A stretch of 63,128 nucleotides of DNA from Patescibacteria group bacterium (GTDB lineage Bacteria > Patescibacteriota > Microgenomatia > UBA10105 > UBA927), in NCBI GenBank assembly GCA_023379025.1, contig JAMCTH010000007.1:1-63128 (forward strand). Reading direction: 5' to 3'. Below are positions 1 through 9,304 of this stretch, piece after piece (positions within the stretch are counted from its first letter, which is position 1; the number at the start of each line of letters is the position of its first letter). The notes under the pieces were generated by a model. That model ran no database searches and was not told the DNA's origin. It saw nothing but the letters and a program-made list of their open reading frames with translations. The position numbers and the translations under genes are program-made.

Positions 1-259
1 TCATACCTCGTTGGACATTGTGATTTGTGAATTGGGATTTGCTTGTCCGAAGGATGGGACACAGTGAATGACATTAAGCGACTGTTTAACTAAAACACAG
101 GTCTCTGCGAAGCCGAAAGGCAACGTATAGGGGCTGACACCTGCCCAGTGCCGGTAAGTTAAGCATGGTTGGTCACCCTGAGCAATCGGGAGAGCTAGCT
201 ATGCAAGCTCCGGTGAACGGCAGCAGTAACTATAACTGTTCTATGGTAGCGAAGTTCCT

Positions 260-1289
260 CTCGACAGGGGGCGTTATGACTATCTAAAGTCATAAGGCGA
301 ACTTGGCTGTATGCTGAAATACCTGAGTATCTTGCATTACCAGATTAAATCTTTTAACATGGGTTTATGTCGGGTGAAAATATGTCAAGTGCAGGCAATC
401 AGCAGGAAACATTGTATTACTTCTCCGGTTTTTTGACCGGAGAGGGATCCATAAGTCTTATCAAAGCAACTAATAAAAATGGAGGGACAGGTTTTTACTA
501 TACTCCGGATTTAACTATCAGCAATGCTGATTTACCGATATTAAAAGAGATAAATAGAATAATTGCTGGTGGTAGAGGAGTAATAACTCGGATTAAAGGT
601 GGTTATAACCTTTCAATGCGGGGCAAAGATAAAGTAAGAACTGTTCTTACTTTTCTTGATAAATACCCACCCATACGTGGTGATTTGATTAAGGAAAAAA
701 TATCTCTTCTCAAAAAAGCGATATTGATTCTTTCTAGAAAAGGGAAGAAAAATAAGCGTTTAAAAAATGAAGAGAAATCCATCGAGCTATTGCGCGAGAG
801 ACTTAAGGAAATAAAAAAGACTGCAAAAGCGAATAAACATTTTTCTAATTTTCGGATGAACCGAAAAAGAATTGGATTTTTTTTGGCTGGAATTGTTGAC
901 GCAGAAGGATCAATGGGACTGCGGAAGTCTGGTAACCGGTCGCAACCATATTTTTGTGTCCTTATGCGTGAAGAAGCCATAATCGATGTATTTCAAAAAT
1001 ATTTCGGTTTTGGCCAAAAATATTGGCGTCCGGCTGAAAAACTCTGGCATTTTGAGACCGGGAAAAAGGGAAATGTATTGAAACTTAGCGAGTTTTTTCT
1101 AAAAAAATGTCCAATACGACTCTCGAAAAATAGAGTACGTCTGGAAAAATTACAACGGATCCTCAACGACTATACGCCAAGATCTTTTAAGTAACATTAG
1201 AAGAATAAGATATAGTCTGAACTTAGTAGCGATACTAAGAGCCTTGACTGGAACTAGAAAGGCTCCGCCAGTTGGCGGATAACACATTG
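260..1289 (+). mobile_element. Group I intron in 23S domain IV carrying a LAGLIDADG ORF
   Basis: The 5' exon ends GCGAAGTTCCT (T259) and the 3' exon resumes TGTCGGGCAAGTTCCGACC at 1290. The intron ends in G1289, so U at -1 and a terminal G fit group I rules. A J8/7-P7-like AAGATATAGTC lies at 1207-1217. GGGGG (267-271) can pair with exon TTCCT as P1 with a U.G pair. By eye alignment the site is just after the E. coli U1943 equivalent. Confidence 0.8.
367..1194 (+). CDS. LAGLIDADG homing endonuclease (double-motif), intron-encoded
   Basis: Two LAGLIDADG motifs are present: YYFSGFLTGEGSISL and FFLAGIVDAEGSMGL. The ORF is AT-rich and lies wholly inside the 23S interruption. Confidence 0.9.
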   Translation: MSGENMSSAGNQQETLYYFSGFLTGEGSISLIKATNKNGGTGFYYTPDLTISNADLPILKEINRIIAGGRGVITRIKGGYNLSMRGKDKVRTVLTFLDKYPPIRGDLIKEKISLLKKAILILSRKGKKNKRLKNEEKSIELLRERLKEIKKTAKANKHFSNFRMNRKRIGFFLAGIVDAEGSMGLRKSGNRSQPYFCVLMREEAIIDVFQKYFGFGQKYWRPAEKLWHFETGKKGNVLKLSEFFLKKCPIRLSKNRVRLEKLQRILNDYTPRSFK

Positions 1290-1397
1290 TGTCGGGCAAG
1301 TTCCGACCCGCACGAAAGGTAGAACGACTTAATGACTGTCTTGAACTATTACCCGGCGAAATTGAAATGGCTGTGAAGATGCGGCCTACTTGCACTT

Positions 1398-1429
<32 letters not shown>

Positions 1430-1488
1430 TTTGGCACTGAGGACTTCGTTTTGACTGTCGAGCATAGGTGGGAGGATGTGCTTCGCAC

Positions 1489-1570
1489 ATAGTTAATTAG
1501 TTAGTGCGTTAATTAGTTACTTCGGAAAACAAAAACGAAGTAACGAAGTAACGTGCGTTGCTAACTAACT
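1489..1570 (+). repeat. AT-rich imperfect hairpin inserted in the 23S L1-stalk region (expansion segment or IVS-like)
   Basis: It lies between the conserved strings GCATAGGTGGGAGGATGTGCTTCGCAC and TGCGTGCGGAGCACGCCGTCAATGGAATACCAC. The arms GTTAATTAGTTAGTGCGTTAATTAGTTACTTCG and CGAAGTAACGAAGTAACGTGCGTTGCTAACTAAC flank the loop GAAAACAAAAA. E. coli has only a short helix tip at this position. Confidence 0.65.
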
Positions 1571-1856
1571 GCGTGCGGAGCACGCCGTCAATGGAATACC
1601 ACTCTTCGAAATGAGGAAATCTGACTTATCCCGACATAAAAATCTCGGGAGAGGACACTGTCTGACGGGCAGTTTAACTGGGGAGGTTGCCTCCAAAAAT
1701 GTAACGGAGGCGTACAAAGGTCGGCTAATCCTGAATGGAAACCAGGACCCGTCGTGCAAACGCGGCAAGCCGGCTTGACTGCGAGACGTACAGGTCGAGC
1801 AGATGCGAAAGCAGGTGTTAGTGATCCTCGGATCCCTCATGGGAGGGACCGGGCTT

Positions 1857-1889
<33 letters not shown>

Positions 1890-2025
1890 GATCGCTTCCG
1901 AGAGTCCATATCGACGAGGCGGTTTGGCACCTCGATGTCGGCTCATCCTATCCTGGGGCTGGAGAAGGTCCCAAGGGTCCGGCTGTTCGCCGGTTAAAAG
2001 GGTACGCGAGCTGGGTTCAGAACGT

Positions 2026-2834
2026 AAATCTCATTGCGTTCTACGCTAGTAATGGCGTAAAATAAAAGTGAAGTCAGAGCACTTCTGCTTTCTGTCACCC
2101 ATGAGGAAAAGTACAGAAAGAATCGACTAAAATCGGTGAAATCCAATAATAGACCGAATGTGTTATTGGACAATACCGAGGGTAAGACAAGTTATTGAGG
2201 CTAGATACTAGAGTCTAGAAGATAGAATTTGAAGTTTGAAAGATCGAAGATTGATTGATACCATTAAATCATGATCCGAACGTTTCGCGATCTTGAAGTG
2301 TATCAAGAATCATACCAACTCATGTTGGCAATCCATCAAGCTGTAAAGAAACTTCCTGTTTTCGAACGAAACGATTTAGCATCCCAAATGCGCAGAGCAT
2401 CAAAATCCTGTCCATCAAATATAGCGGAAGGATGGGCAAAACGACGTTTCGAAAAAGAATTCAAGCATCATTTAGATGTTGCAATTGGTTCAGCAAACGA
2501 AATGGAAGTTCATATAGAAGCGGCAAAGGATTTGGATTATCTCCAGCGAGATTTTTGTGAGAAAACAATGCTTCGGTATCAACAATTAGGAGGAAAATTA
2601 ACCAACCTCCAACGGAATTGGAAAACTTTCTAACGTCAAGTTTCTATCATTAAAGTCTAACTTCTAGTTTCTAATGTCTAGCATCAATTTACTTGATCCT
2701 GTAGAGACTTGCTTCTCGAGAAGCAGATCCGCCGGTAGGCGGATAATACGTCGACCCCCGCCTTCAATATAGAAATGAAGGTTTGGCGGGGTGAAGATAT
2801 AGTCCATACAACTAGTAATAGTTGATAATTTATG
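2026..2834 (+). mobile_element. Group I intron at the 23S L2593-equivalent site carrying a four-helix-bundle ORF
   Basis: The 5' exon ends GGGTTCAGAACGT (T2025) and the 3' exon resumes CGTGAGACAGTTCGG at 2835; the intron ends in G2834. The internal guide GCGTTC (2036-2041) pairs with exon GAACGT (2020-2025), giving a U.G pair at the splice site. AAGATATAGTC lies at 2794-2804. The ORF sits in a loop closed by the stem 2200-2221 / 2661-2682. Confidence 0.78.
2271..2633 (+). CDS. Four-helix-bundle protein (23S rRNA intervening-sequence protein family, PF05635-like)
   Basis: The 120-aa protein reads MIRTFRDLEVYQESYQL...ASQMRRASKSCPSNIAEGWAKR...GSANEMEVHIE, the characteristic pattern of this family. 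It lies inside the second 23S interruption. Confidence 0.85.
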   Translation: MIRTFRDLEVYQESYQLMLAIHQAVKKLPVFERNDLASQMRRASKSCPSNIAEGWAKRRFEKEFKHHLDVAIGSANEMEVHIEAAKDLDYLQRDFCEKTMLRYQQLGGKLTNLQRNWKTF

Positions 2835-3221
2835 CGTGAGACAGTTCGGTCTCTATCCAGTGCAAGCGCTCGATTCTTGAGGGGAGCTCTCCGTAGTACG
2901 AGAGGACCCGGAGGGACAGATCCCTGGTGTGCCTGTTGTCGGCAAACCGGCAACGCAGGGTAGCTAGATCTGGACGGGATAAGTGCTGAAAGCATCTCAA
3001 GCGCCAAGCCCACCCCAAGATGAGGAATCGTTATTTAGACCCGTTGCAGAATACAACGTTGATAGGCGGGAAGTGTACGTATCGCAAGATATTTAGCTAA
3101 CCCGTACTAATCGGTCGAAGTTGTGGAGAACTAAGGATTCCGCCGGACGGCGGATCCCTGTTCCAATTCCACGAAATGATGCAAATGAAGGATACTGGCT
3201 TGTGCGTGGGACCATGGGAGG

Positions 3222-3298
3222 TACTTCGTGATTCGTTCATTCGTTACTTCGTAAATACAAAATTCGAACTAACGAAGAACGTGTGTTACGAACTAACT
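3222..3298 (+). repeat. Hairpin in the 23S-5S spacer related to the 1489-1570 insert
   Basis: CTTCGTGATTCGTTCATTCGTTACTTCG, an A-rich loop TAAATACAAAATT, then CGAACTAACGAAGAACGTGTGTTACGAAC. It shares the CGTTACTTCG / CGAAnTAACGAAG arm motif and an A-rich loop with the L1-stalk insert. Confidence 0.55.
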
Positions 3299-3399
3299 AT
3301 CACATCGTCCTGCGCGCGGGCAAAGGTTACTCCTTATGAGACAACTACTTGAAATACACCGCTCCCACCCGATCCGCCCGTAAAGATTTTGCGGTAAGA

Positions 3400-3515
3400 C
3401 CTTCGGTCTCTTGAGCGAGATGGAACGACCCGATCCCTTTCCGAACTCGGAAGTCAAACATCTCAGCGCCAACAATAGTACCGCCGCAAGGCGGCATGAA
3501 GATAGGTCGAGGCCG
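3400..3515 (+). rRNA. rrf: 5S rRNA
   Basis: The 5S signature CCCGATCCCTTTCCGAACTCGGAAGTCAAAC lies at 3429-3459. Helix I CTTCGGTCT (3401-3409) pairs with AGATAGGTCGAGG (~3500-3513). The gene is embedded in a long flanking stem, CCCGTAAAGATTTTGCGGTAAGA (3376-3398) with GATCTTAACGCAGAATCTTACGGG (3518-3541). The ends are approximate. Confidence 0.72.
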
Positions 3516-3548
3516 GGGATCTTAACGCAGAATCTTACGGGTCAGGCA

Positions 3549-3595
3549 TTCCGGACTCGGCAGCGAAACGCGTCAGCGCCAACAATACCTCCGCC
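3549..3595 (+). other. Degenerate partial 5S-like duplicate (loop C to helix IV segment)
   Basis: TTCCGGACTCGGCAGCGAAACGCGTCAGCGCCAACAATACCTCCGCC parallels 5S positions TTCCGAACTCGGAAGTCAAACATCTCAGCGCCAACAATAGTACCGCC. No helix I partner is visible. Confidence 0.5.
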
Positions 3596-3733
3596 TGTTT
3601 TATTCGTCGGTTTACCATCTGTCCTTCTTGCAGGCACGGCGGCGTTGAGATCACAGACAAGGCATTTGCCGATATGTACCGGTAAAAAACAGAATCCGCC
3701 TGCCTCCGGGCGGCACATGTAGTGTTATTGTGG

Positions 3734-3991
3734 TTATTTATATACTCCTTGCCGGTGCTCAATAGCGACGATCTCAACAGTGCTTTTTTTGGCATTGAAC
3801 GTGTAAATAATCCGGTAATCGCCAAGGCGATACTTAAAAAAATCCTTGAGATCTCCGCGTAATTTCATTCCTGCCAGAGGATTTTGCTGTAAAACAAGAA
3901 GCGAGTGGTGAATCCGCTTCCGAATATGTTTAGGCAATTTTTGCGCTCTTTTTTGTATGTCCTCGGGGAGTATGACTACGTTTGCGGGCAT
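3734..3991 (-). CDS. RelE/ParE-family type II toxin
   Basis: The 85-aa protein carries ...NPLAGMKLRGDLKDFFKYRLGDYRIIYTFNAKKSTVEIVAIEHRQGVY, the typical RelE/ParE C-terminal pattern. It lies downstream of a Phd-like ORF. Confidence 0.8.
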   Translation of the reverse strand: MPANVVILPEDIQKRAQKLPKHIRKRIHHSLLVLQQNPLAGMKLRGDLKDFFKYRLGDYRIIYTFNAKKSTVEIVAIEHRQGVYK

Positions 3992-4247
3992 GATATCCTT
4001 TCAGAAATGTTTCCAGTGTAACATATTTGCCTTCACGGATTTGTTTTTGAGCTTTACGAATAGCTGGCATAGTGTGTTGGAGGGTATAGATGGTTTCTTC
4101 AAGCTCATCCAGATAGTCGGGTGAGATGAGCGTGGCTTTTACTTTTCCTTGTTTTGTGAGGTCGATACGCAAATATTCCTCATCTACTTTATCAACAAGG
4201 GATAAAAAAATTTTTCGCGCCGCAGTGACCGGAAGAATATATGTCAT
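3930..4247 (-). CDS. Phd/YefM-family antitoxin
   Basis: The N-terminus reads ILPVTAARKIFLSLVDKVDEEYLRIDLTKQGKVKATLISPDYLDELEETIYTL. Its 3' end overlaps the toxin start by 62 nt, so the basic C-terminal tail may be a read-through extension. Confidence 0.7.
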   Translation of the reverse strand: MTYILPVTAARKIFLSLVDKVDEEYLRIDLTKQGKVKATLISPDYLDELEETIYTLQHTMPAIRKAQKQIREGKYVTLETFLKGYHARKRSHTPRGHTKKSAKIA

Positions 4248-4255
4248 ACGTAATA

Positions 4256-4284
4256 AGTGTACAGAAAAATGTACGTAGTGTCAA
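4256..4284 (-). promoter_or_regulatory. Sigma70-like promoter of the phd/relE pair (leaderless-type)
   Basis: On the minus strand: TTGACA (4284-4279), a 17-nt spacer, TACACT (4261-4256), then 8 nt to the ATG at 4247. TGTAC repeats overlap the promoter. Confidence 0.5.
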
Positions 4285-4402
4285 ATGTTTACGTGCAGAG
4301 GTGCTCATTTGTGTACAATTCGATCATGGAAAACGTGGATGTTATCGTTGATACACGTTCGTTTTTGCGGCGGGCGGATAAGGAGGTATTGAGCGCTCCC
4401 CC

Positions 4403-4431
4403 TTGAGACTCAAAGTAAAAAAGGGTATACT
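4403..4431 (+). promoter_or_regulatory. Sigma70-like promoter upstream of the S1 gene
   Basis: TTGAGA (4403-4408), a 17-nt spacer, TATACT (4426-4431), about 30 nt upstream of the ATG at 4464. Confidence 0.45.
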
Positions 4432-4463
4432 ACGGTATCCTAATCGAAAGGCGGTATTCATGG

Positions 4464-5657
4464 ATGGCAAAAACCACAATCAAAAATCAAAAAGCAAAAA
4501 TCAAAAATAAAGAAGGAAAGAGCAAAGACGCATCTTCCGCTCATCCCATCTCCCAATTACCTTCTCTCAAGAAATCCCCGCAGACCATGGAGGAGCTTCT
4601 CGCAGCGACCGGGTACAGGCTGACCGGCCTCAAAAAAGGTGACGTCGTGGAAGGGACTATAGCCCGTATTTCTCCCAAAGAAATGACGATAGACATCGGC
4701 AGGAAGACGGATGCCGTGGTTATCGACCGCGAACTTGAGAACTACAAGGACATCCTGATGCATCTCAATGTCGGCGAGAAGGTGTCGGCGCAGGTGATTG
4801 TTGAGGAAAATGACCGGGGCCAGCCCGTCCTGTCTCTCCGGAAGAGTATTTTTGAAAAACGCTGGAACGATCTGGCTGCTGCACAGAAAAACGGGACTCC
4901 TATTGAAGTATTGTTTAAGGAACCGGTTCGCGGAGGAATACTTGCGGAATACGGGGGGCTGCGCGGATACATACCCCAGTCACAGCTTGACGCCGCCACC
5001 CTCAAGCAGGCGGACAAACTGTCGGGGAGGAAGGCGGACGTCAAAGTGCTTGAAGTAGACCGGGAAACCAACCGGCTCGTCTTTTCCCAGCGTGCAGTTG
5101 CAGAAGGGGAGACCCTTGCCAAACAAAAAGAGCTTCTGGCGCTTCTGAAGGTAGACGATACCGTTCAGGCGGCGGTGACGGGTATCGTACCGTTCGGGGT
5201 CTTTGCCAGGATACACGTCATCAGGAAAGACGGGACGACGGAGGAAGTGGAAGGCCTTATCCACATATCGGAAATTGCCTGGGAAAAAGTAGGTGACCCC
5301 GGCCAGTATCTGAAGACGGGGGACAGCATCAAGGTAAAGATCATCGGACTTGATACGCAAACCGGAAAGATCACGCTTTCCCTCAAGCAACTGCTGCCGG
5401 ACCCATGGGAGCACGTCCTCGACCAGTTTCCCAAGGAAAGCATGGTTAAGGGAACGGTATCGCGGGTATCGCCGATCGGCATATTCGTGACGCTTCTGCC
5501 GGGTGTTGAAGGACTCATCCATATCAGCAAAATTTCTCCGGGAGAAGAACCGAAAGAAGGAGACGAAATCACCTGTCTCGTCGAGGACGTGCAGCCGGAC
5601 AAGCGGAAGATAAGCCTCAGCATGGCCTTAACGGAAAAACCGATCGGATACCGGTAA
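4464..5657 (+). CDS. rpsA: 30S ribosomal protein S1-like (four S1 domains)
   Basis: S1/OB repeats recur: GDVVEGTIARISPKEMTIDIG, GTPIEVLFKEPVRGGILAEYGGLRGYIPQSQL, DDTVQAAVTGIVPFGVFARI, ESMVKGTVSRVSPIGIFVTLLPGVEGLIHISKIS. Confidence 0.85.
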   Translation: MAKTTIKNQKAKIKNKEGKSKDASSAHPISQLPSLKKSPQTMEELLAATGYRLTGLKKGDVVEGTIARISPKEMTIDIGRKTDAVVIDRELENYKDILMHLNVGEKVSAQVIVEENDRGQPVLSLRKSIFEKRWNDLAAAQKNGTPIEVLFKEPVRGGILAEYGGLRGYIPQSQLDAATLKQADKLSGRKADVKVLEVDRETNRLVFSQRAVAEGETLAKQKELLALLKVDDTVQAAVTGIVPFGVFARIHVIRKDGTTEEVEGLIHISEIAWEKVGDPGQYLKTGDSIKVKIIGLDTQTGKITLSLKQLLPDPWEHVLDQFPKESMVKGTVSRVSPIGIFVTLLPGVEGLIHISKISPGEEPKEGDEITCLVEDVQPDKRKISLSMALTEKPIGYR

Positions 5658-5690
5658 CGGAGCGCGCGCGTATAGTGTAGAATAGCCTCA

Positions 5691-6998
5691 ATGAAACCTC
5701 GGTCCAGTTTTGTGTGTCAGCAGTGCGGGTATGAGAGCCCCCAGTGGTACGGGAGGTGCCCGCAGTGCGGAGAGTGGAATACGATGGTTGAGACGGTGAA
5801 AGAGACGGGGAGAGGGGGAGATGGGAAGATAGGAAGAGTAAGAGAGCAAGTCAAACCGCAGAAACTTTCTGATGTCCGGCATATCGAGAAAAACCGGTTA
5901 AAGAGTGGATATGGAGAGTTTGACCGGGTCATGGGAGGGGGTATCGTGCCCGGCTCGGTGACGCTCCTGGCCGGGGATCCGGGGATCGGCAAATCGACCC
6001 TCCTTCTTCACGTTCTCGGGAAAATCGGCGGCCTCTACGTGTCGGGCGAAGAATCGGCAGAACAGGTTAAGCTCCGGGCAAAACGCCTGGGGATTGCCGG
6101 GGACAACATTACGATCATGACGGAAACCGACGCCGGCGCGATAGCCGACACCATGGCGTCGTCACCCCGCACGTTCCCATTGGTGATCGTTGATTCCATC
6201 CAGACGCTTTCCACCGAGGAATTAAGCGGCATGGCCGGTACGGTCGGGCAGATCCGCCATTCGGCGGAACTCATCATTGCCCAGGCCAAAGGCCGGGGCA
6301 TACCGGTCGTCATCATCGGCCACGTGACGAAAGAAGGGGAGATCGCGGGACCGAAAGTGCTTGAACACATGGTAGATACCGTTTTGTATCTTGAAGGTGA
6401 ACGGTTTGCCAACGCACGAATCCTCCGGACGCTTAAAAACCGGTTCGGACCGATTGAGGAAGTCGGCATCTTCGAGATGGCGGAAAAAGGACTAATAGAG
6501 ATAGATAATCCTTCTAAGATATTTCTTGAAGACCGGGTAAAAAATGTTTCCGGGTCGGTCGTGACCATCATTATGGAAGGGACCAGGCCGCTTCTGGTCG
6601 AAATCCAGGCGTTAGTAGTCCCAAGTCAACTCGCAGTACCGCGTAGAGTTGCCAACGGTTTTGATTACAACCGATTACAACTCCTTGTCGCGATTCTCCA
6701 GAAACGAATGAATATCGCGCTTGGAACGTTTGATGTCTTTGTCAATGTCAGTGGCGGACTCAGAATATCTGAACCATCAGCGGATCTCGCGGTAATGCTT
6801 GCCATCGTTTCTTCTTTCAAAAATAGACCAATCGATCCGAATCTCGCTGTTTTTGGCGAAGTCGGGCTTCTCGGAGAAATCCGTCGGGTTGAAGAAGAGG
6901 ATAGGAAAATCAAAGAAGGCAAACGTCTTGGGTTCACGACAATCGTAAGTCCTCAAACCACACGGAATCTCACACAGGCCATAGAGATTTTGAGTTAA
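5691..6998 (+). CDS. radA: DNA repair protein RadA/Sms
   Basis: N-terminal zinc ribbon CQQCGYESPQWYGRCPQCGEWNT, Walker A GDPGIGKSTLLL, the KNRFG motif (LKNRFGPIEE), and a Lon-like C-terminal domain. Confidence 0.95.
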   Translation: MKPRSSFVCQQCGYESPQWYGRCPQCGEWNTMVETVKETGRGGDGKIGRVREQVKPQKLSDVRHIEKNRLKSGYGEFDRVMGGGIVPGSVTLLAGDPGIGKSTLLLHVLGKIGGLYVSGEESAEQVKLRAKRLGIAGDNITIMTETDAGAIADTMASSPRTFPLVIVDSIQTLSTEELSGMAGTVGQIRHSAELIIAQAKGRGIPVVIIGHVTKEGEIAGPKVLEHMVDTVLYLEGERFANARILRTLKNRFGPIEEVGIFEMAEKGLIEIDNPSKIFLEDRVKNVSGSVVTIIMEGTRPLLVEIQALVVPSQLAVPRRVANGFDYNRLQLLVAILQKRMNIALGTFDVFVNVSGGLRISEPSADLAVMLAIVSSFKNRPIDPNLAVFGEVGLLGEIRRVEEEDRKIKEGKRLGFTTIVSPQTTRNLTQAIEILS

Positions 6999-7138
6999 TG
7001 AAGAGAAGACAAGGTTGGACCAAGTCAGAGCCTCTTTCATCGTATCATGAAGAATTGCCAGTCTTTTCCCAAGAGGTACGTGTGCTACAATTCCCATAAG
7101 GGCGGGCAGGGAACCTTCCTGTCCCGCAGGACGAACTT

Positions 7139-8047
7139 ATGAAACAGAAAGGAAAAGAGGCGGTCGGCAAGGGAAAGCATTCCGAAAACGTACCGGTCGT
7201 AAAAGAGCGCGTGAGTGCTCCGGGTTCCGCCGGGGAGAAAAAACAGCCCCTGGAAGCTTTTACCAAGCCGACGTCGCAGTTTACCCAGGCGCTTGCCCGG
7301 GAAATCGTCAAAAATCTCGCCAATATCGGCCAGATGACGGCCCGGCCGTTTCACCGCGCGCCGCCCGCGGTAAAAAAGCCGGCAGCTCCAGCGCCTCTTG
7401 GCGACTATCCGATCTATGTGGATACCAGCGTCCTCATCGACGGCAGGATCCTGCCGATCGTCAACAGCGGCTTTCTCGTGGGGACGCTCCTCATCCCGCG
7501 GTTTGTCCTGGACGAAGTCCAGCACATCGCCGATTCGGCCGACAGCCTCCGGCGGGCAAAAGGGAGGCGGGGCCTTGAAGTCGTTGAAAAACTGAAGGAT
7601 CAGAAGGGGAACAGCCTGGTCAAGACAAAAATTATTACCGATGACGTGCCCGCTGTGCCCGAAGTAGATCACAAGCTCGTGGAACTGGTAAAAGCGGCAA
7701 ACAACACGTCACGGCGGCTGCTCCGGCGGGCAGATGTGCGGGGAATTGCCCGGCTACTGACCGTTGATTTCAACCTGGGGCAATATGCCCGGGCCCAGGG
7801 GGTAAAAGTCATGAACGTCAACGACATAGCCCAGGCTCTGAAAGTCGCCCTCATGGCAGGGGAAGAACTGATGCTAAAAATTACCCACGAAGGGAAAGAG
7901 CGCGAGCAGGGCGTCGGATATCTCCCGGACGGCACCATGGTCGTAGTTGACGGTGCCAAGATACACCTGGGTCAGGAGATAGCCGTCGTTATCACAAAAG
8001 TCCACCAGACGGCAGCGGGACAGCTTTTCTTTGCCCGGCTGAAATAG
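7139..8047 (+). CDS. PIN/TRAM domain protein (YacL-like)
   Basis: PIN segment IYVDTSVLIDGRILPIVNSGFL...PRFVLDEVQHIADS and C-terminal TRAM-like GVGYLPDGTMVVVDGAKIHLGQEIAVVITKVHQTAAGQLFFARL. It follows radA, as in Firmicutes. Confidence 0.8.
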   Translation: MKQKGKEAVGKGKHSENVPVVKERVSAPGSAGEKKQPLEAFTKPTSQFTQALAREIVKNLANIGQMTARPFHRAPPAVKKPAAPAPLGDYPIYVDTSVLIDGRILPIVNSGFLVGTLLIPRFVLDEVQHIADSADSLRRAKGRRGLEVVEKLKDQKGNSLVKTKIITDDVPAVPEVDHKLVELVKAANNTSRRLLRRADVRGIARLLTVDFNLGQYARAQGVKVMNVNDIAQALKVALMAGEELMLKITHEGKEREQGVGYLPDGTMVVVDGAKIHLGQEIAVVITKVHQTAAGQLFFARLK

Positions 8048-8060
8048 GCTTCGTATTGGT

Positions 8061-8405
8061 TTATTGATGATCAAGTAGGATCGTCTCTAAGTTAGAAAAA
8101 AGCCATTCTTGTAGCGTATCGGCATATTCCACAAAGTAATCTTCGCGTTCTGCCGCGCCCCGTACCACCCATACAAATCGAGCCAGGTCATAGTGTGTAT
8201 ATTCCCGTAGAGGAGGAATTCCTGTCCCCTCATGTCGAAGGGAGCGAAGTACATACTCCTGCTTATCGGGATCTCTATAAAACAGCATTGATACCTGCTC
8301 TCCCTTATGGGTAAAGGTATAGTAGATCCCCGGATATTCCCCCATATCTGAAAGAGCGTCCATTTCAGAATCGAGATGAAGTGATCGAAATTCCGGATGT
8401 GTCAT
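8061..8405 (-). CDS. Hypothetical protein (114 aa)
   Basis: Clean ORF convergent with the PIN/TRAM gene. I recognised no motif. Confidence 0.45.
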   Translation of the reverse strand: MTHPEFRSLHLDSEMDALSDMGEYPGIYYTFTHKGEQVSMLFYRDPDKQEYVLRSLRHEGTGIPPLREYTHYDLARFVWVVRGAAEREDYFVEYADTLQEWLFSNLETILLDHQ

Positions 8406-9089
8406 AAAAGGGAAGTATACAGGAGTTTGTTGCTATTCACAAGTTATCCACATAAACGGTGCTGATTTTATTTGGATTGTCCGTACAGGCTATTGTAAGA
8501 GAATAAAACTATAAGTCTCACTGTTTTTTTCTGTAATAATCCTATGGGACTTGACAGAGAGGGCAGGAAGGTGTTTGAATGGATTTACATGGAAACACTG
8601 TCGCTAGCACCAATGGGTGGTTCCGGAACGGTAGTGTCCGGGATCAAGGGCTATGTGTCCCGCCTGCTGGGCCGGGAGCGGAAACGGGTATCGCCGCTTG
8701 CCCGCGAACGGGAAAGTTTTGAGCGGGAGGTCAAGGCACAGTTTGTGAAGCTCAAGGAAAAAGGGCTTGGGATCAGCGTCTTTACGCTGTAAGCCAAAAA
8801 AAAGCATCACTACCGCTAGCTATGGGTTTTCCGCCTTTCGACGGAATAAAGGGCTACGAGTAGTAATGCCTTTTGTGTTGGTATCACTTCTTTTGAGCAG
8901 AGAAGATAGATACCTATCTCACTACACTAACAAGGGATTTTTGTGTTGTCAAATGATTTTGTGAAGCTGTGTTTTGTTCTACGGATTGTCAGAACGGCTT
9001 AATATTATCCCCCAAAAATCTTCCCCCTTTTTTCCTGCAGCCGGCCGGATTATGCGGTAAGGTGTCGTACGGTTTTTGCCTGACAGTAT

Positions 9090-9118
9090 TTGACAAACGC
9101 CAAACCCCACGGTACAAT
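9090..9118 (+). promoter_or_regulatory. Canonical sigma70-type promoter with no downstream ORF (orphan)
   Basis: TTGACA (9090-9095), a 17-nt spacer, TACAAT (9113-9118). Downstream there is only about 185 nt before the 3' end of a convergent gene. A hairpin CAGAATAGTCGCA/TGCGACTTTCTG lies at about 9205-9232. Confidence 0.4.
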
Positions 9119-9304
9119 CCCGCTACAAAGAAAAGAGGGGGACAGGCTGGTGCGCCGCTGAACAATTGATGACAATTTTCAGCGTAAAGGGATTGATTGT
9201 TTTCAGAATAGTCGCATTGCGACTTTCTGAATAAAGGGCAGGTTTAGAACGTAGAATCGAGCAGGCTTGTTTATTTGATGGGGGGTTGATTGTTGGGCAG
9301 GCGA

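Noticed and set aside
3549-3595. A second functional 5S rRNA gene.
   Set aside because: Only the loop C to helix IV half is recognisable, with multiple substitutions and no helix I pairing.
8544-8792. An 82-aa ORF in the gene-poor gap as a real gene.
   Set aside because: It has no motif and no convincing start context, and it lies in a region with mixed composition. It may be real, but the support is too weak to list.
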